Shown: positions 15,001 through 30,000 of the stretch, piece after piece
Numbering within the stretch: the first letter of the stretch is position 1
Layout: the number at the start of each line of letters is the position of its first letter
From: Promethearchaeota archaeon
Lineage (GTDB): Archaea; Asgardarchaeota; Lokiarchaeia; Sigyniarchaeales; SOKP01
Direction: 5' to 3'
Assembly: GCA_030603385.1 (NCBI GenBank)
Contig: JAUVXW010000011.1
Span: 29,564 to 93,563 of the forward strand
DNA: 64,000 nt
Position numbers and translations under genes: made by a program
The notes under the pieces: generated by a model
Seen by the model: the letters and a program-made list of their open reading frames with translations, nothing else
Told to the model about the DNA's origin: nothing
Databases searched by the model: none

Positions 15001-18000
15001 TAAGATCAATCTTATATATATAAGTCGGGGGCATACCTGGGCCAACATAGAGATAATATGCTTGATCTAGATCTAATGTTAATTCAGTTAATTCTTCATA
15101 GGGGATTTCTGCTATTTCCTCATAAACCCCCGAAGACCATCTTTTTGCGTAAATTTTACAGAATGTATTCTGCCAGACAAGGTAGCTGGTTCCCCTATCG
15201 GGTCTAAAACCCCAGTGAATTTTAGCTTCAACATCCACATCTGCAGGATAATAAGGAAGGGGATAATTGGCTAAAGCAAAATGGTAATAATCAGAATATC
15301 TAACCCAGTCTTCATTGGTGTATACCACTTCGGCCCAATACACTCTTTCTTTACCATCATCTTCTCTGGTACTCCATCCAGCCTCATCTTGAGGACCGCT
15401 AGTATAAGGTGGGTTGTTAACTTCCGCTTCAACAGTATAAGAACTTGATTGATATGATCTTTGGGCCCAAGCAACCTTAAAATCACATGTGACCGAGTCG
15501 TTATCTCGAATATCTGGATTTAAGTCTCCTAAAGTTTTCACGGCATCTCCATAGAAATCAGTGACATAAGAATCAGATAAACCGGTAGCAGAATCTAAGA
15601 TAAACCCCGTTTCGTCGTATATATAAGATTCTAAATTATCATAAGAACCCACAGCAAATGTAGGGAGGAGTTCATACTCAAAAATATTTTCATGCTCCAT
15701 CTCATCGTGAAAACTATAAATAATATCAACGTCTGCAGAAATTTGAGCAAATGTGTTTTCGGCATTTAAAAGTCTATCGTCCGCATCAAGTTCTAGCACG
15801 TCAGCATGACCATCAACGGCTTTATAACTTGCAATTAATGATTTATATTTAGCAAAATCTTGCTCATTTCGAATTTGTGTGTAATATTGAGATTCGATAG
15901 ATTTTACAATAATTCCCTTATCTGTATCGCCGTAATGTGACTCAATTTTTAATTTTGGCGCCGTGAACTCACTATCAGCTATATTTAGTAAGTCGGTAAA
16001 ATCATTATACGTATTATTATAGAAGTATCCGTGCCACTTCTGTTCATTAGGATTATAATAAAATGATATAACATTATCACCAAAATCGAGCAAGTCGTCG
16101 TAAATAGTTATATTAATGTTATCATTTACAAAAACAGAAACATAATCTGTCTCATTTTGACCAGTTCCTACTGGTTCAAAAACAAATGATGCTCGATACA
16201 AGTCATGTTCGACGCTCCAAGGTTTATAAGTAAAAATATTTAGACTGTCAATATGAACGACAAATTCCGAACTTGCAATTAAACCAATCTTAAAGGAAAT
16301 TGTATAAAAATCACCATCGTCAAATTTGTAGAACTGGTCTTCAAGGATCGAAAATGAAAATGTGTCCACATTCCTTAGAATATAATCAATATCTTCATAA
16401 AGACTACTATTGAGATTTCTAACTTTAAAGGTGGCACCTTCTAAAGAGGCAGAAGTGGCGAAACCTTTCAAGTTTATTCCCATCTTGTTCATATCTACAG
16501 TCTCAGACTTTGGTACACTAAATTCAAATTCAACAAATACTTCCTGTATTGTGGATTTTAGATTAGATGATATATTGTAATATTGACCATCTTCAAAATG
16601 AGCGAACCAAGAGGATGTTAAGGGAGTACCCGTCTCGATATAGGGCTTGTAGGATTCTTCTACATAATCATAAGGAGATAACTGAGTATCAATTATATTT
16701 GCTCCTTCAAGAACCGAAATCGAACTAACTGAGAGGTAATTTGTGTCATCTAGCGTCCCAGAGAACATTAACTGGTCAAACTGAATAGTCTCACTGGTCT
16801 CAAGTATTATAAATTGAGAACTAAAATCGTTATTTCCTTGAGGTACGATTGTAAATATTTGGACAACTTCTCCATCACAATATAATGTAAAGTTTATTTC
16901 ATTGGAAGTCTTTGGCTTAAATTCAATTACTATTTGATCATTAGGAGTAACGGAAATATTTTTTGAGTACACTTGGCTTTTGAGGCTTAGACTTTCTGAT
17001 TCATCAGATTGCATATAAAGTAGACCTGGTTCTTGGTGTCTTTTTGCCAACTGGTATTTTACTTTCGGATTCCAGTAATCAACTCCATAATGCAAGGTTT
17101 CGGTATCTATTTTGAAATAGGATTTAGTAGATTTTACAGCCCCTAAATCTAATGTAAATGTTTGACCATAAGCAGGTGAAAAGGAAAGTAAAGCATGTGT
17201 ATAAGGTCTATGTTCCCAAGTAATCGTATCTGCATTAAATCCTTCGACAGAATATAGAAGAAGACTGGTCCCACCGTCCGTGATAGTTGCTTCAAGCTCC
17301 CAAATATCGTTGCTACCCAGTGCAAGATATTCAATTAAGTCGGGCGTTATGATAAATGCCTCAATTTCTTCGATCACGTCGTATGAGGTTAACCAATCAA
17401 CATCTATTTGATGGATAAAAATTGAGCTTGACATAACCCAAATATAATCGAGATTCGGATCATTATTTTCAACACGAGTCCAACCACTTAGAGAAATTTG
17501 GACCCCATCGGTTGATGCTATCAAATGTACTGGAGAATCTGTATCTCCAAGATAGATTTGTATTTGCGTTAAAAAGCTTGAAGTTATGTCATAATATAAA
17601 TCAAATGTTTTGGTAATAACCAGATTACTATATCTAGTCTTAGTTCTTTGATTAAAAATAGGAAAATATTCTGAAGTGATGCCCATGCTATTACTATCAT
17701 CTTCATGGGTATCGTATATATCGGTACCTGCTACAAGGCTACCTTCTACTATTGATGCAGTATTACTCTGGTGATCGCCAACATAAGTATGCCTATAAGT
17801 GGAAAGATTATCAATATTATAATTTGTTGTAGGGTGTAAGGAACGTGCGATAGCCGCGTCTATTATATCCTTTTCAAAAATAATTGTGTCTTGACTAGTC
17901 CCAAATAAGTCCCAAGTTGATGTGCGAAAATTATCTCGAAATTTCTCAGTCCTTTCAGGTTCCTTAAGGTTAAACCCGCTATATCCGTAAAGTTCTATAC

Positions 18001-21000
18001 CATTTGACGTAAAATCTATATCATCGCTTACATGGTGAGTACCTATAGCGTTTGACTCAAATTCATCATAATTCAGATAATTGGTATCTGTAAGCGTATA
18101 TGTCTTAAAATCCCCAACACATAAATATGCATTGTCTACTTGCCCAGATTCGCGATTAGTGATCAAATGGATCTTAAATTCGTGCAAATCGTTTATAAAA
18201 TTTCCATAAAATTCACTATTGGCATCGAACGAGAATCCGTTTTGATAGGCAGGGAAGTCATTATATTCTTTAGTATAAGGTGTAGCAGGATCTATGATGA
18301 TATTTCCTAACTGGAATTTATTTGTATTATAATCAGTATCATAAAATAACACCTTGTAATCCTCATCAGTAATTAACTCTGATTGATCAAGGAATAATGT
18401 GTTTATCTGCTTGCTTGTATCATCGTTGTTCAAAAAGCTGCCACCAGCAAGAACAGAATCGTCAAAAACAATATTACCGCTATCGTCCATAGTGCTTGGG
18501 AAACATTTTCCATATCCAATAGTATTTATATCATTTAAACTCGTAGTACCCCACTTCGGCCTGAACATATCGTCATCAGTATAAGCACTTGTAGGATGCC
18601 CACCCCAAAAATCTAAGTCTAAACCATCTGTATAATAATAATCATTTCCGTCTAAAGGTGCAACAGGAAGAGATTCCCATCTATTATACTCGAAGTTCCA
18701 TAACTGCAATGACAATGGATATTCTTGAGTAAAGGAAAGGGAGTAAATTGAAGCATCAAAAGAGACTTGGATTTCTTCCAAACTCTCCTTGCTAATTACA
18801 GGTAACTTGTAGGTAAATTCGAATCCGAAAATACCATTCTCATCCTTTTCCGTAGTCATGTACTGACTCCAATTTGAAAAAACAGATTTCATTTCTGCAA
18901 GTGAGGCTCCTTGAACTGCCGGATTGTTTGAAGAAACCCTTTCTAGCTTAAAGTAAAATACGTCAGCACTGAAGCCAGTAAATTGGTCTCCGAAATCAAA
19001 AGTTATATAGTTTACATCGGTAATTAATTCCCGATCAAAATCAATTTCAGTGTCATAATAAAGCCTTTGTCCATTTATCTTCAATTCGCAGGGTTTATAA
19101 GAGGAGGTAGCATGGAAGCTAAAATAAAAATCATCTCCGTCATATGGAATGTCCATTTCAAAAAAACCAAAATAGGTATATCCATATCCTGTCCAATCGG
19201 TTGATAGCCTTATATAATTTGAATCGTCTGTGTGGGTATTCAGAAAATTACCATCATCCCACCCAGAATCTTGGTCTGGATAATCAATGTCTGTCAAATA
19301 TTCAGCACTGAGGGATGATGGAAGAGTTCCAGAATCGTAGATAAGAGCTACTTGAGAATTATCAGGCTCGATATTGACTAGACTATTCTCTACTAAAATC
19401 CTTTGTTCACCGTCAAAATTATATAACCCTGAACTTGTCTCATCATGTATTTCAGAATAATACATCTGAGAGAAGTTAAAGTTTTCTGAAATATATGGAT
19501 TGCTGATCCACGCACCATCAATATAATTACCTTCAAAACTTCCATCAAACATGGTCTCTCCGAGATAATCATCTTTTGCATTAAGGTTTTGAGCTAACAT
19601 TCCAGAATCATAACTATCACCATAATATATTAGAGAGTTCTCTAATTCTGGCATCATATATTCAGAACTCCACTCAGAATTAACTTCTGGATAAATAGCA
19701 GTAGACCCTAATCCAGATATAACAGGTGTGTATTGATAAGTTAAGCTATTAGGGAGCCAATTCCAGTTTGCTATAGGACTTTCATATGAAGTTGCGGGAT
19801 TTAGCCAAAGTAACGGTAAAGAAATATCTGAATAAAACAGTCCCGAAGCGGATATAGTTTGAGTATCTGATGTACCGTTCTGATTTTTAAACGAAGGATC
19901 AATACTAGTCTTTTCTCCTCCAACGAACGATTCGAATGAGTAGGCTACTTTTGCAAACGCTAAGTTGGACCATATAGAATTTAAATCAAGACGTATTTCC
20001 GTACGGGAGACACGATACTTATCTATATCCAAATCATACCAATTATTGTCCCCATTAAGCTTATAAGTAATCTTATTGACCATATATATTGGTGTCTTTT
20101 TAGGTGTTATTACGGGGTAATAAATAGGTAATAAATCTTGTTTTCCGAGTACTTCAGAAACAAAGCATACAGGACTTACAATAGAGGTAGTGTCCTCCAA
20201 ATAGGTTATTGTCGTCTGGAATACTCCTGTCTCAGAAGCAATAAGTAATTTTCTTAAATTATTATCAGCAATAGCAAACAAATCTATTATTTTAAATTTA
20301 ATGTCGTCAAACCCGGTTATTTCAAAATCAGTCCATTCTTCTGTCCCTGATTTTCTTCTCAAAGCAATAACAGCATCCATCTTTCCAATGGCAAGCCGTT
20401 CAATGCCAAGAATAATAGAATCCACACCGTTAATCTCATCATACTCTATTACTAAAATCTTACCTAGAACTGAATCTTCTATCACGTTTTTTATTTCTAA
20501 ATTAAAATCATATTCAAATAATTGTGAGTAGTATGAACCTTCGATTAATCCACCGACCAGTATTGCTTTTCTATCTGTTGCTGAGAAGTAATTTACGAAC
20601 TCTACAGATGTTGGAATGAAATTAAGGGGGGCATGGCAATCAACTAAATATGTAAGGTCGTAATCGGTATCAAAGTAATACTTCCATAGCGAGAACGCTT
20701 CTGAAGAGTCTTGCTGGACTGTAAGCATTACGGAATTTGTTGTACTACCATCATATTCTACATCAAATGTAATATAATTATATCCTGAAAGTTGGGTAAC
20801 GTTTTCTTTTATAACCCAATCTAGATTATCATTAAGATAGATTACATCAATTTGAGAAGAAGATATTCTTATTATCTCATATATACTGTCTTTATTTATA
20901 TCCCATAGTTTGAATACTTGATCTTGGATAGACGCGATAGTGCCCTCATCACTGAGTGAAGAATCGAGTGTCCATCCTGTCTGATCGTCAAATTTATATA

Positions 21001-24000
21001 TGGATATATCTAAGTCAGAACTTGCCTCAGAAATGATGATGGGCTGCCATTCATTACTGTTTCCAAACAACCCCCATGAACCCCATAAGTCAGCGTTATC
21101 TAACGGAGCGGCTTGCAGCGGTAAATATTCATACGAAAAGTTATACATGGAAGCCATAAATGAAGCATCTTCGTTTATATCCCAAGTTATTGAATAACTT
21201 CCATTTGTAAGGATGGTTGCAGGATCGGTTTGCATCTTTACCCATTCTTTTTCTATCGGGTTATAATATTGGGCGATTACATCCCATAAGTTTGTGGTAC
21301 CAAAGTAATTTTCGATATACCCTTCAATTTCATTTTCATTGGAAAATAAGGAAGAATTATATTCAAAAATATTGCCAAACACTAAATCAGAAATTAATTT
21401 AATTTGAGTATAGTCATAGGTTTTTATCGGTGAATATCCGAATTCGTAATTGTTTTCTCCAATAGAATATTGTTCATCCCAAGAATAACTAATTGCGTCA
21501 ACAAAAGCATTTCCACCAGCTATACCACCAGGATCATATAACCAAGAAGATATATCTGATTGTATTTCCCAAAAATTATAAGGACCATATTTTGACCCAT
21601 TTATATATAGAAAATATGTATCTGCTGCAAGACCTTCATATTCCCCAGTTCCGCATTCGAAATCAATTCTAATATGATACCAAATGTCTGCCGCATAGGT
21701 TCGAGTATTATGATGAGTTGTAGAATAATAAGCAGTTATATATCCTGTATCATGGAAATAGATCATAGGACCAACTGTTGCACCTGCTAACATAAATCTA
21801 TGACGTTCATCAGTTTCACCACATTTTACATAAAACTCAACAGTCCCACTTCCTATAGCATCAAAATAATTTCTACCTTGATTCCACGCACCATCATCTT
21901 CATATAAATGAAGTATTTTACTATGTATAGTATCTCCAGATTCTATCTCGCAAGTATATAGAGTAGTAGCATCTATAAAATCTATATCTATACCAGAATT
22001 CCCAACATCCTCATTCCCAAAACTATAGGTTCCGCAATAAGATCCGTTAAAATCTAAATAATTTCCAGATTTATCAAACACCAGACATTTCAAGAAGTAA
22101 TTCTCTGGAGGAAGCTTATCAATCGATTTTAAGTAGTCACCGTCCCAATAGTAATTCCATATATCATCTTCTCCTGAGAAATAGGCTCTTCCAACAAAAT
22201 CCCAATTTACCTCATCTGAAGAGCCATACACCAATATCCGATGTGCATCAGAGTCGCCATTTATATCAGGTAAAATAGAAGATGTATCTATATGAATGGT
22301 GCTATCCTCATAATTATCAGAACCGAAAATAATAATTCCCGATCCTGTTGAATTTGTACCCAATACCCAATTGAACAGACTATAATCATCATTTTTTAAA
22401 ATGACATTATCATAATATCCCTCATATTTATGGGAAACTAATACATTACCCATGCCATCTTCAATTTCCAACCAAAATAAAAAATTATCCCCTTCAGAAA
22501 GGGATAGATAATCCGAAATGTTAAAACAGGATCTCCCAGAAGATAATAACTCCCATTTTTTTGCATTATTACTGAATTGTAACACAATTTCATCATCTAC
22601 TAACTCATAGAACTGAGCATAAATATGTCTTGTTGAAGCAGGAGAAAGAGCATACCGATATTGAGGATCGATGTATAATAGTAAAGATGTGCCATCAAGC
22701 AAAATGGTAAATTTATCTATGGTATAGTCTCCAATTTTAATACTTTGAATGCTTTTGATGTATTGGGTACTACTAAAATAATCACCATACCCATCAATTT
22801 CATAGATAAATTGTTCATAGTTAAGCGATCCAATAATGCTAATATTATACCATGCTAAGGGATTTGTATAATAGAATGTGATATTTTTAATACCTAATTG
22901 ATCTGCGATAGTTTGATCTATTTGACTCCAATCAAAACCATCATAAACTGTGTCAAATGCAGAAATAGTGAGATTTTTATTATCATTAAAATATATAGTG
23001 TCGACGACTGTGGAATTGTATATATTCTCATTATCGACATAGATATGCTCCTCTATTAACTCTACAACTGGGCATGAATTGTCAATATAAATATTTTCAA
23101 GGATATAAATATTAAAGTTGCCGGCAGCATCTGTAGCAATTAAAGTAATATTGTAATAACCGTTTTGCAACCAATTTGTATCAATTAAGATCTGCCATTG
23201 ATCTTCTCCAATTTCAATTATTGTCAATTCAAAATCAGGAGCGATAGTACCAGATGAAAGATGCAAACATTCAATAGAGATACTATATTCTGAACTTTCT
23301 GTTAAAGTTGCATTTATTTCGAACAAATTGTTTCCATAAGCATAATTCACTTGTACATTATTGAAAATTGGTGCCGATTTATCAATAATTATCGCAAATG
23401 GATATTCTGAAATATATCCTAATGTATCATTGCAAATTAATTTAATATTTTTTAAACCTTCTGATAGTGAAGCGTCGTTAAAATAGAAAGTATAGATATT
23501 GTCAATAGTATTCCAATAACCAGAAATAGTGGTGTCAAAATAATAAGTAGAAACATCAGAAAAATCTGATATATAAAAAGAAATTGCTCCAGACTCGGGA
23601 TTAATGGTGGTATTTGTATCAAATTGCCTATAGATTTGTGGTCCATGATAATCTATTGTTATAGGTTGCGAAATCGCATAAGTAGAAACTACTCCTGATA
23701 TATCAAAAAATTCTCCTACAAAAGTATAATTATCTTGGGGTAAGACTGTGAAGTTATAGCTTCCTTTGAATTGATTGGAATAGTGGGATGCATTTGAAAC
23801 TCCAAAATCTATAGAAATAGGATTTGTATAATCATACAGACCGTCTAAATCATGTTGCGTTATTAGAGTTATGAAAATTTCTTCATTTTGAGCATCTTTG
23901 AAATAAGAAAATTCATATGAAGAAGTATTTAACTTAACAGCTTCTATTGAACATATCTCATCTCCTTCAAGTAATTCTGGTAAATCCACAGCAAATCTAT

Positions 24001-27000
24001 TATCAGAAATCACAATTTCAGGGCTATGAGTATAATACACTGTAATCTTAAGATGATCAATACGAGCATCTGTAGCAGAAGACCCGGTATAATTTATGTA
24101 TATATCAATACCAAAATCAGCACTATTGATCTCGGTGGGAGTCCATGAAGCGCCCCACAAATAGGTTGAATTGCCATAAATGTTATAAATATCATTATCT
24201 ATAGTGTCCCATGGTGTGGAATTTGCCATATCAACGCCAACTTGACCACTTATTTTTCTAAGAAAGATCTCCCCATCTGTAATTGCAGAGCCAACAGTAG
24301 CCATTCGATCCATTTCAACTTTAATACCATTAATTGTGGCTCCTATCGGAATATTAAACCCAAAGTTTGCTAATCGTAGCCAATCTGAGCTACTTTCTGT
24401 TAAAGTGCTAAATGAAACATAGGTGTAGTCGCCATCTTGGGTTACTAATTTGCCCAGATCGTTCCAAGGTTCTTGGTCTTGGGGTGATTGAGTATAATAG
24501 ACTTTAATTTGCACATGATCAATACGCGCATCAGTATTAACAGATCCATTATATTCCACGTATAAATCAATACCAAAATCATTACTGTTGATTTCAGTAG
24601 CGGCCCAAGAGGTACCCCACAAATCGGTGGGACTTCCATATACGTCGTAAACATCGTTATCTACGATATCCCAAGACGTTAAGGTATCTGCGTAATTATC
24701 TCCCACTTGACCTGTAGTATTTCTTAAGTATAATTCCATATCATGAATTGAATCGCTTACGGTGGATCTTCGATCGAAAAGTACTTCTATACCAGTGATG
24801 GTCACTCCGCTGGTAGGGAGGGTGAATCCAAAATTTGTTAATCGTAACCAATCTGATGTAGTTTCTGTTGATGTGGTAAATGAAACATAAGTATCATCAT
24901 TGTTTTGAGATGTTGCTTTGGTAGTATCTACCCATTCTTCGCCTGAAGCATCAGGTAAGGTATAATGTATTTTAATCCGTACTAGGTCTATGTAGGCAGT
25001 ATTCGTAGTTCCTACATTTTCGACTGCGATATCAATCCCAAAATTAACATTATTTATATCAGAAACTGACCAGACACCATTCCATAGATCGGTTGAGCCG
25101 CCATAAATATCGTAGCCATCAATATCTGTTATATTCCACCAAGTACTTGTGGCTTTATCTTCTCCGTTTTGACCGGTTGAATTCCGTAAGAAAATAGAAA
25201 AATCCCTAATGGAGCTTCCTGGTGAATCTTGCTTTCTATCCATTCCCACTTCGATGCCATCAATTGTGGCTCCTACGGGAATTGCAAAATTAAAGTCTGA
25301 TAATCGTAACCAGTCCGTTTCCGTACTACTGCTTCCACCATTATCTGGTGCGATTGCGATTTGAAAATAAGCAGCACCATCTGAGACACTACAACTAACT
25401 GTAGCATCTCCAGAAGTCCCTTGAGAAGCTAAATCTTTACTGCCAAAGCAACCACTCACATCAGAATTTCCAGAAGTGTCAGTTTGATAGTCATCAACCT
25501 CAGTGAATCCAGTTCCTGAGACTTCGAATGGATACCCATCACCTCCGTCAAAACTTAACCCATAAAGCACTAAACAATTGTCTACGGTTGTAGTTACGGC
25601 TGGAATAACGTGACTATTTGAACTTGACGAAGATTGTGTAAAGCTTTTAATATTGATTGGGGTTGTATCATCAGCTCCCATAATCCTAAGGTAATATCCC
25701 ATCCACTCATCTAATCCTGCAGAAGTTACAGTCTCAGTTGGATTTTCATTCCCATCAGCAATTCGCCAGAAAACAGCAATGTGGGCATCACTGACTCCAT
25801 CACCTGAAGTACCAACGAAGTTCCAGTTCGCTTTGTTATCTGAAAAAGCAATTGATGATGTATCATCGTTCATGACAATAAGCACCAATAAATCACCTAC
25901 TTCAACTCCAGAAGGTTTACTTAATATTAGGTTTGTTGAAGGCATTGAGTCACCCTGTTCCGTCCATGATTCTATAATTGGAACACTTTCCTCACTAATT
26001 ATTATATTAGCTGAAGCATAACTATCATTTTGAGCCAATGTATTACCTAGATTTGCCCAATCTATGCTGTTACTTCTGTCTACACTAGAGGCTGTAAACG
26101 GAGACAACCAGTTAGTAGTATAGCTACCTCCACCACCCAGATTTATATTTATATTCGATGTTATTGTTGGCGATTGTGCCTCAGAATCGTCCCCACCTCC
26201 TGCGATTCTGTCCGTATTTGTTGTAGTGGATGGTGATCCTATATCAGAATCGTTTTGTTCATCGGTATAATTTAGACTTGCAAAATAATCATAATCTACT
26301 TGTAATTCAATTATCTTAACTAAATCACCATGAGAGTTAAAGATTTTTAGTACAGGAGGTAAGTTGTTTACAATATAAGGTATTCTGTGAGAATTATTAT
26401 ATGCATTGGGATTATCAACAAAGCTCATTAAGATATTATTGATCTCGCTTGAAATGTTTATAAACAAGTTGGAGATCTCAACTATATCATCAAACGTCGC
26501 AGTTGTAACTATGATTATTATTTCTTTCGACGTAATAAACATAGCATCTTGATATAGCCTAATATCTATAGGAATAAGTGTAAAATCAGATCCCTCAATA
26601 TCATAAAAAGTCGAATTTAGCTTTATACCGTTGTCTTCAAAATAAATATGATTTTGTTCAGAAACAATACTGGTAAGTGAAAAGCTTTCATAGCTGGTTA
26701 AGACAACTATTTTTGTAATATCATTATCAACAGGAAAAACTTTCAGATCTATATTAATCATACCATCTTGATCAAGCCCATATAAGACACTATTATCAAG
26801 CCCCTCTATCCTAAACTGCTCATGATTATTAAGATCTTTTACAATCCAATAACTTGAATCAGAAAGGATTTTTTCGTTATCTAGAACATCGTATCCGATA
26901 AACCTTAGAGTCATATTATCATCTCTTAGGTTAAAAATATTGAACGAAATGTCTGCTAGAGAATTTTCATCACTATAAAATGTCCCATAAGAAACCCAAT

Positions 27001-30000
27001 CTGAGGTCGTTGGAGTCTCATATTTATATTCTATGTCTACTTTATAGAAGTCGGTGTCTGTAGAGTTAATTGCCATTGTTACTATATTATCCTGAACATT
27101 ATCATAAGTCTTTCCTAACACCAATGTATAAGGATCTCCCGAAAACAAGGTCATTTGAGGGGGGTTAATATCTAAAATAGTGTGATTCAGGGTATAATTA
27201 TAAAGGCAAGAAGAGAATCCATAGCTAAGATTTGCTTCGATTATGAAATTAATATCATAATTATTTGGATTTAATCCCTTCGAATTTACCCAATCTGATA
27301 AGGAATCTAGATAAATAAGCCAGTGATCAGAAGTGAGATCATCATAATTTACTCTTGCTAGAAAATCAATATCATTAGAATAATTAATATAGACATCTAA
27401 TGAACTTAGATGATCTTCAAAATCTATATTTACACCAATTTGAGAATTATGATTAATCCTCCCTTCATTATCCACATAGGTGAAATTTATAAGTTCATCA
27501 AAATGGTCGATTTTAAAATAAGTGCTATATGAATCATATACATAATTATTAATATCATCTATAGCTTTTACTACAAAATACCATGACTCGTTATCAGGAA
27601 TATTCCAGCTCGTGTTAATATAAGAATATAAACCATCATCAGGACTAAATGAAGCATCAAATGAGGCAAGCAAAATCCACGCTTCAGGAGTAGGATTCTG
27701 TAAGTCTGGTTCCGTTCCAGCTAAGAAAAATTCCAATAGCTCGATAGGTTTTCCAGTGCTGTTACATTCAAAATTTAACCATCCGTCAATCGTCTGTCCT
27801 GAGACTGTTATAGGTAGCCAACCACCTTGTCCGTCTTCTTGTGAAACTACAACATCGATTGCAAGATATGGTCCACCGCTATGACTTTCGATTTCAGCAT
27901 CTGAGATAGAGCTGTTAAATACTGAAATGTCATCAAGGCGACCTGTGAAACATGAATATGTAGAAATTTCAGCACCGATAATAAGGGCTCCTCCCCCTTT
28001 AAGCGTGCCGCCACTACTCCACGGTTCTGCGGTCGCTCCTATTGCTTCTCTACACCAAGTATCACCAATAAGAACATCTACATCATTTCCACTGTTATTA
28101 TATCTAACAGCTATAAAAGTCCATGTATTTAGGGCAATTGCTCCAGGAAACCCATATTCTGCTGTAGCATTCACAGTATCGGCTATAATATGGACTTGTA
28201 AAAAACCAGTCTCATTAACTCCTAATTCTATTACTCCCGATTTTGAAAAGAAGCAATTTCTAATACCGTTTACACTTTGATTTGAAGCAAATGCAGTTGG
28301 ATATACCCAAGCCGTAATTACAAATTCGGTATCAGAAACACCAAGGGTACTGTCTAATATATCACCGAAATCTACATAATCGAAATTTTCATAGGACATG
28401 CCTCCCTCTTCGGGGGGTTCCGATTCAAAGGCTATCTTCATACCATCCAAATTCGCTTTGGAAAGGTCCAAGCCTGACCACGTAAATGTATGCCATGCTG
28501 GGGTACTGCTCATATCCAGTTGTCTTGCTCCTAACCATGATCCACAATACACATTCACCGTTGAGTCTATATCAATTTCTTTCCCATACACCTTTATTTG
28601 TATTTCAGTAACTGAACCGCTTGAAATATCGAATGTATTCATAAAGAATTCATCCGTAATATTGTTTGATGCGATGCTAGAAGTATAAATATAGTCGTTC
28701 GTATCCAGAGTCGTCTCGTTTATAAGATCAGCATGGTCTCCTGTATGTGAACTCTCCCATTCTGTGGTAACATCGCCGTCTGGATGGGAAATACCACTAT
28801 CTTGCGTTGGTGTACTTTCGGTATAGTACACTTTAATTTGAAGGTGATCGATACGAGCACTGGTATCAGATGCTCCAAAATATTTTACCGAAATATCAAT
28901 CCCGAAATCATTACTATTAATATCCGTGACTTCCCATGTATCCCCCCAAAGGTAGGTTGAATTACCATAACTATCATACGAATCATCATCAATATCATCC
29001 CAATTACTACTAGTATCTGCTTCATTATTCCCTACTGGACCGCTTGATTTTCTTAAGTAGATTGCATCATCTTTAATTGTGGTCTGATTGGCTCGTCTGT
29101 CGATTTGAACCTCAATACCGTCAATACTAGCCCCTGTAGGTATGCTAAAACCGAAGTTATTTAACTGTAACCAATCGGATGTATCCTCGGTTGAGGTAGT
29201 AAATGAAATATAAGTATCATCATCATCTTGGAAGGCTGCCTTACTAGTATCTTGCCACTCTTCTCCAGAAGTTCCACCACCGGCACTATTAATAGCAACT
29301 TGATAACCAGCCATACCATCCCCAACTTGGGCAGTCACAATTGCTGTTCCAGAACTGCCGGTAGATGTCATATTCTTATATCCAAAACTAGCAGAGACAT
29401 CAGAATTTCCAGAAGTGTCAGTTTGATAGTCATCAACCTCAGTGAATCCAGTTCCTGAGACTTCGAATGGATAACCATCACCACCATCAAAAGCGTTAGC
29501 ATATATAATTAAACAATTATCCTCATTAGTCGTTACACCAGATATTGAGAGTGGAGAACTTGAGCTTATAGAATCACTACTAACATCTTCAATAACATCA
29601 GATGTATTTACGCCACTTATCCGTAAATACCACATACCCCATTCGTCCGAAGACTGAGCTGTCACCGATTCATATGAATCCTCCGTGCCATTAGCTACAC
29701 GATAATACATGCCTATATGAGAATCTGAAATCCCATTTCCTACTTCTGTCACTAAAGTCCAACCAACCTTATTATCAATAAATTGTTGCGTAGTAGATAT
29801 GTCATCATTAAAAGGAATCAGAACAAGTAAATCCCCGGATTGAACACCTGGAGGCTTATCACATGTCAGAATCGAACTGGCGCTTGTTGAGCCATCTACT
29901 AGCATTGATTCTATAACCGGAACACTGCCACCGCCACTTCTCTCAACATTTGAAGTGGTTTGAGGAGACTTTATTGAGTTAGTCTCAAGATAATACTCAT

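Noticed and set aside
25458-29473. Diversity-generating retroelement TR/VR pair
   Set aside because: The copies are identical rather than differing at adenines, and no reverse transcriptase is present in the window.
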